A DNA stretch of 64,000 bases, from contig NIVC01000899.1 in assembly GCA_002269645.1 (NCBI GenBank), positions 53,125 through 117,124 on the forward strand, given 5' to 3'. This document shows, piece after piece, positions 60,544-64,000 of the stretch. Made by a program: the position numbers and the translations under genes. Source of the stretch: Macrostomum lignano (Eukaryota). Position 1 is the first letter of the stretch, and the number at the start of each line of letters is the position of its first letter. Under the pieces are notes generated by a model. It searched no databases, had not been told where the DNA came from, and was given only the letters and a program-made list of their open reading frames with translations.

Positions 60544-62817
60544 ATGCCAGCAGCAGCCGGCCAGCAGGCCAGCAAGACGGCCAGCACAATGACTGTAGCG
60601 GCCCAGGCACAGGAGAACCAAATGCGCAAAATGTTAACCCTATTCCGAGAGGAGAGTGCAAAGTGTGAGAACTGGAAGAGCAAGTACATTGCGGACAGCC
60701 TGTTTGTCCTTGGCTCGGGAGCGTATGGAAGCGTCTTCCAGGTGAGAACAGGCCATAAGCAATTTTGAGTCGCTTTTTTGTAGCTTAGTTTATTAAAAAA
60801 TAATAATTACTCTTACTTTGCTATGGTGTCAAGAGTAAAACAATGTGTCCGGGCTAACCTACACAAAAACCTGCTTTAGGTCACAACGCGCCTCTACAAC
60901 AGCAAGCAAAAGCTGACAAAGAATCGCCAGATGTATCATCCGAACTTTATTAGCACCATGGCTTCTCAGCGCAGAGTGCGCCCGGAGATGCAGGAAAAGC
61001 TTAAGGATCCCAACCGGGACACCAGCCTGCTGGACATCGTGGCCATCAAGTATGAGATTCTGCAGCAAACTCACCTGGAGGATGGCGCCACGCGCTTCTT
61101 CTTATTTCTACGTCGCGAATTCATTGTGCTCGATGCACTCTGGCGCAAGAGCTTCCGCATCATGCACGGATTCCGGCGGTGTTCGACTTTGACTATGTCG
61201 GTGACAAAGGACAGTTCGGAGTTAACTCAAAGTACCGCAACATCTTCACTTACTTGAATATTGAAGGAGAAGAAGTAAAGTTCTTCACCGACGTGCACAA
61301 TCGGAACCTGGAGAACGTCACAAAAATCTCTTACATGTCCATGGAACTGGTTGGCCCGTCTATCGACGATATTCGCTACTTCTACGAGCCGTGGTTCTCA
61401 GAAGTCGGCATGAGAACATTCTTTAATGTTCGCACCGCGTTCATGCTGGCTGATCAAATTCTCTGCAGGCTGCTGGTGCTGCACAGGAGCGGCTTCGTGC
61501 ATCACGACATCAAGCCGGACAACATTGCACTAGGCAATGGTCGCGCCATGAATGTTGTCTACCTGCTAGATTTTGGATTTGCCAAGCAGGTAAGGCTCTT
61601 ATTGAAGTTTACTGTACTTTTATGAGGTCTAATCAACATGATACTCGCACGAGGTTTTGTCAGCTCGAGAAGTCTGATGTTTCTGAAACTTAAATAGTGA
61701 AGTTTAATGAAAATTAAAATGTCGGAAGTATTCTACTTCCGATTAGAAATTTTTTATTTAAAAAAAGCATCTCATACGTGCGTAGTGACAACAGTGCAAT
61801 TCGAGGACTTAATTGTTATTTTAAGGTGTAAACTCGAGCAAAGCCAACTCTTAAGGGCTTTTAACCCTTTAAAATTTGTACTAAAAAAATTCCATTCACC
61901 CAGGTGTCAAACAACCGTCCCCCTGAGTGGATGGGTTCGCGCAAGTTTATCTCGATAGACACCTACAGCGGTGCAAAGACAAACTACGCACAGGACATTG
62001 AGAGCTGGTTCTATCTGGTGATCTCATTTCTGTACGACGACCTGCCCTGGACAGACGATCATCTCACTGATCTGCTCGGCGATCAGGCTGACGAAAATGC
62101 CCGCTGGAACCTAGTGAGCCAGATGAAGAAAACCTGGTGGGGCGACCCATCGGAGGCAACCAGCCTCTCAGAGACGTTCAAAATGATAGCGGGCCTGCAC
62201 AGCAAAGAGATACCTGACATCAAGCAGATCATGGAGCAGCTGCACAAGCGGACTCGCGATCTGCGAGCAGTCATGCGCAGTCAGGACGATGCTCAAACTC
62301 TCAACTTCGAGCTAGCAAACAACCAGTCTGCCCTCTTCAAAGGCTACATGAGCATACGAAAAGTATTATTGCAGATTTTCAAGCTACCGAACATCGGCGA
62401 CAATGCCTATCTATGCGATGCCGAGTTCCGCTCTCTGTTGGAGACCGAGAAGAAAAGAATCTGCCCCAGTTTGAATGGGATCCGAAAAACTATCACTGGG
62501 AGTGGGACGATGACCACCACCGACTTTGGCATCAAGATGGGGCGGCAAAAATCGATGCGAACAACGCCGAGGACGTGCAGAGCTTCAAAAATCAACACAG
62601 CAGCTACGGTAGGATTGACGCTTTGCGCTCGCTTCTGGTCATGGACAGAAGTAGCCGCGTTGAGCGACCGGACGAAATCAGTTATGTATTTGACCGGGAG
62701 AGCGGCCTGCTCCGACCCAAGGCGTCTGGAATGCGACGTCTTGGCCAGCCGCCAGTGCCCTTCCATGCCAATCTGTCAGCGACACGAGACTATGAAGGCG
62801 ACTGGTCAACAATCTGA
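60544..62817 (+). CDS. Divergent casein kinase 1 family (CK1/TTBK-like) kinase; 3 exons; two apparent -1 frameshifts
   Basis: Exons 60544-60741, 60880-61589, 61904-62817. LGSGAYGSVF, VAIKYE, MELVGPSI, HHDIKPDN, VYLLDFG, GSRKFISI, DIESWFY, LPW. Restoring one C at ~61173 gives GFP, the equivalent of CK1 GIP. Restoring one A at ~62455 gives LPQFEWD and a stop at 62817. Confidence 0.78.
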
Positions 62818-63813
62818 CAAGTCTTTGAGTTCACTCTTGTGTTTTTACCTATTTATTCTCGACCATCTGCTCTCTCTTTCATCACTTGTGGCCATGATAA
62901 AATTGCATCTACTGCAATTTGCATTCAATATGAAAGGCTTGTTAGACGACCAATAAAATCTGGATCGCGGCTTTCTCTTTTCAAGCGCCGTTAAGTTTAT
63001 GATTTGAGACGCATTCATTCGGCTCAGTCAAAGTTTTGAATACATTTATCAGGAATTTTTCTGCTATAATTTTGTAACAAGAGTTCAGCTCGATTATTTA
63101 AAGTCACGGAATTACGGTAGCTTGCTCGGAAAGATCAGAAGTTCAAAATAATGGTTATAAATTATACAGTTTCATCTGAGTGGCATTTTCTGAGTGGACT
63201 AAACATCAAAATTGGCCTTGGTCATGAAGTGAAAAATGCATTTCGTCACCTTTCATTTGGAATTTCAACACGGAAAGTGTTTGCTATCCATCGCAGCCAG
63301 CTCTGGTGCTAAAGTGAGTCCCCATTTCTCATTTTATTTGGTCTGTGTAAACAACTCGCAGGGGTGTCGCACTCGCGCGGTCGCACCGGCTCCAAACAAA
63401 GCCTGCGGTGGCCACTTAAAGAATCCCCTTCGTTATCGCCTCATCCTCTTCAGGATGCGTGACTATATGAGCAAACAAAATCGATTTCGACTGCATTCTG
63501 CCGTAGTGTCTAAGCCAGCGGAGGATTAACTTAATCGTATGTTTAGTAGTTTTAGTGCATCCTTGAGCTCTTGCGTACACAGGCGTTAGTCTAGCGATCA
63601 TTCAGTTTAAATTCCGCCCGTGTGCTGATTCGAAATGATGTAAATTTATACAAAAATGAGTTGACTCACCATGCAGGTGAAGCTTTCTCTGAAAGTTTCT
63701 TATCTCCCCAGGTGTTGATGCAGTCAAGTTGATTTATTACCCTTTATTAAGAATTTCATTGGGATTTGGAAAAATTTCGACTATAGATTTTAAATTTCAA
63801 AAAACATTTTACA

Positions 63814-64000
63814 GGCAGGGGCTGTGTGCACCTGGGCGCACTTTAAGCGACATAGGCACACAACCGGCGAGAGGCATTACTGCCTATTCCGCCGACTCCC
63901 CTGAGCAGGCACACAAGCGCGCGGATACGTACGCAGTCATACGCACAGACACACACACACACTACACTTATTTATCGTTAGGCATGCACACTATGTACAC
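63814..64000 (-). mobile_element. SINE copy (3' part) running off the window end
   Basis: Near-identical in reverse complement to 34620-34811. Confidence 0.75.

Overview
Intron-rich, repeat-rich eukaryotic (invertebrate metazoan) DNA, not prokaryotic. GC-rich exons, short GT-AG introns, acceptors sitting directly before start codons and many intronic minisatellites suggest a free-living flatworm such as Macrostomum (inference only). All gene models were spliced by hand. In order: (1) the 3' part of a GAT-1-like SLC6 transporter (+); (2) a pseudokinase/pseudokinase/caspase locus (+, 7321-13554) that can be spliced in frame into one ~1023-aa tandem-pseudokinase-caspase protein, the most unusual element here; (3) a divergent Slo/BK potassium channel (+, 19312-25854) with a charge-depleted S4 and altered divalent-ion sites; (4) a cGMP-dependent protein kinase (-, 45682-26795) with two alternative leucine-zipper first exons (one with an in-frame TAA), a 6.9-kb satellite in its last intron and a ~460-bp palindrome in another intron; (5) a frameshifted four-TM protein gene (+); (6) a divergent CK1-family kinase (+) with two -1 frameshifts, probably assembly errors. 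About a quarter of the window is tandem repeat. Also present: tRNA-derived SINEs, MITE-like elements and LINE fragments. No CRISPR, rRNA or intact tRNA gene is supported.
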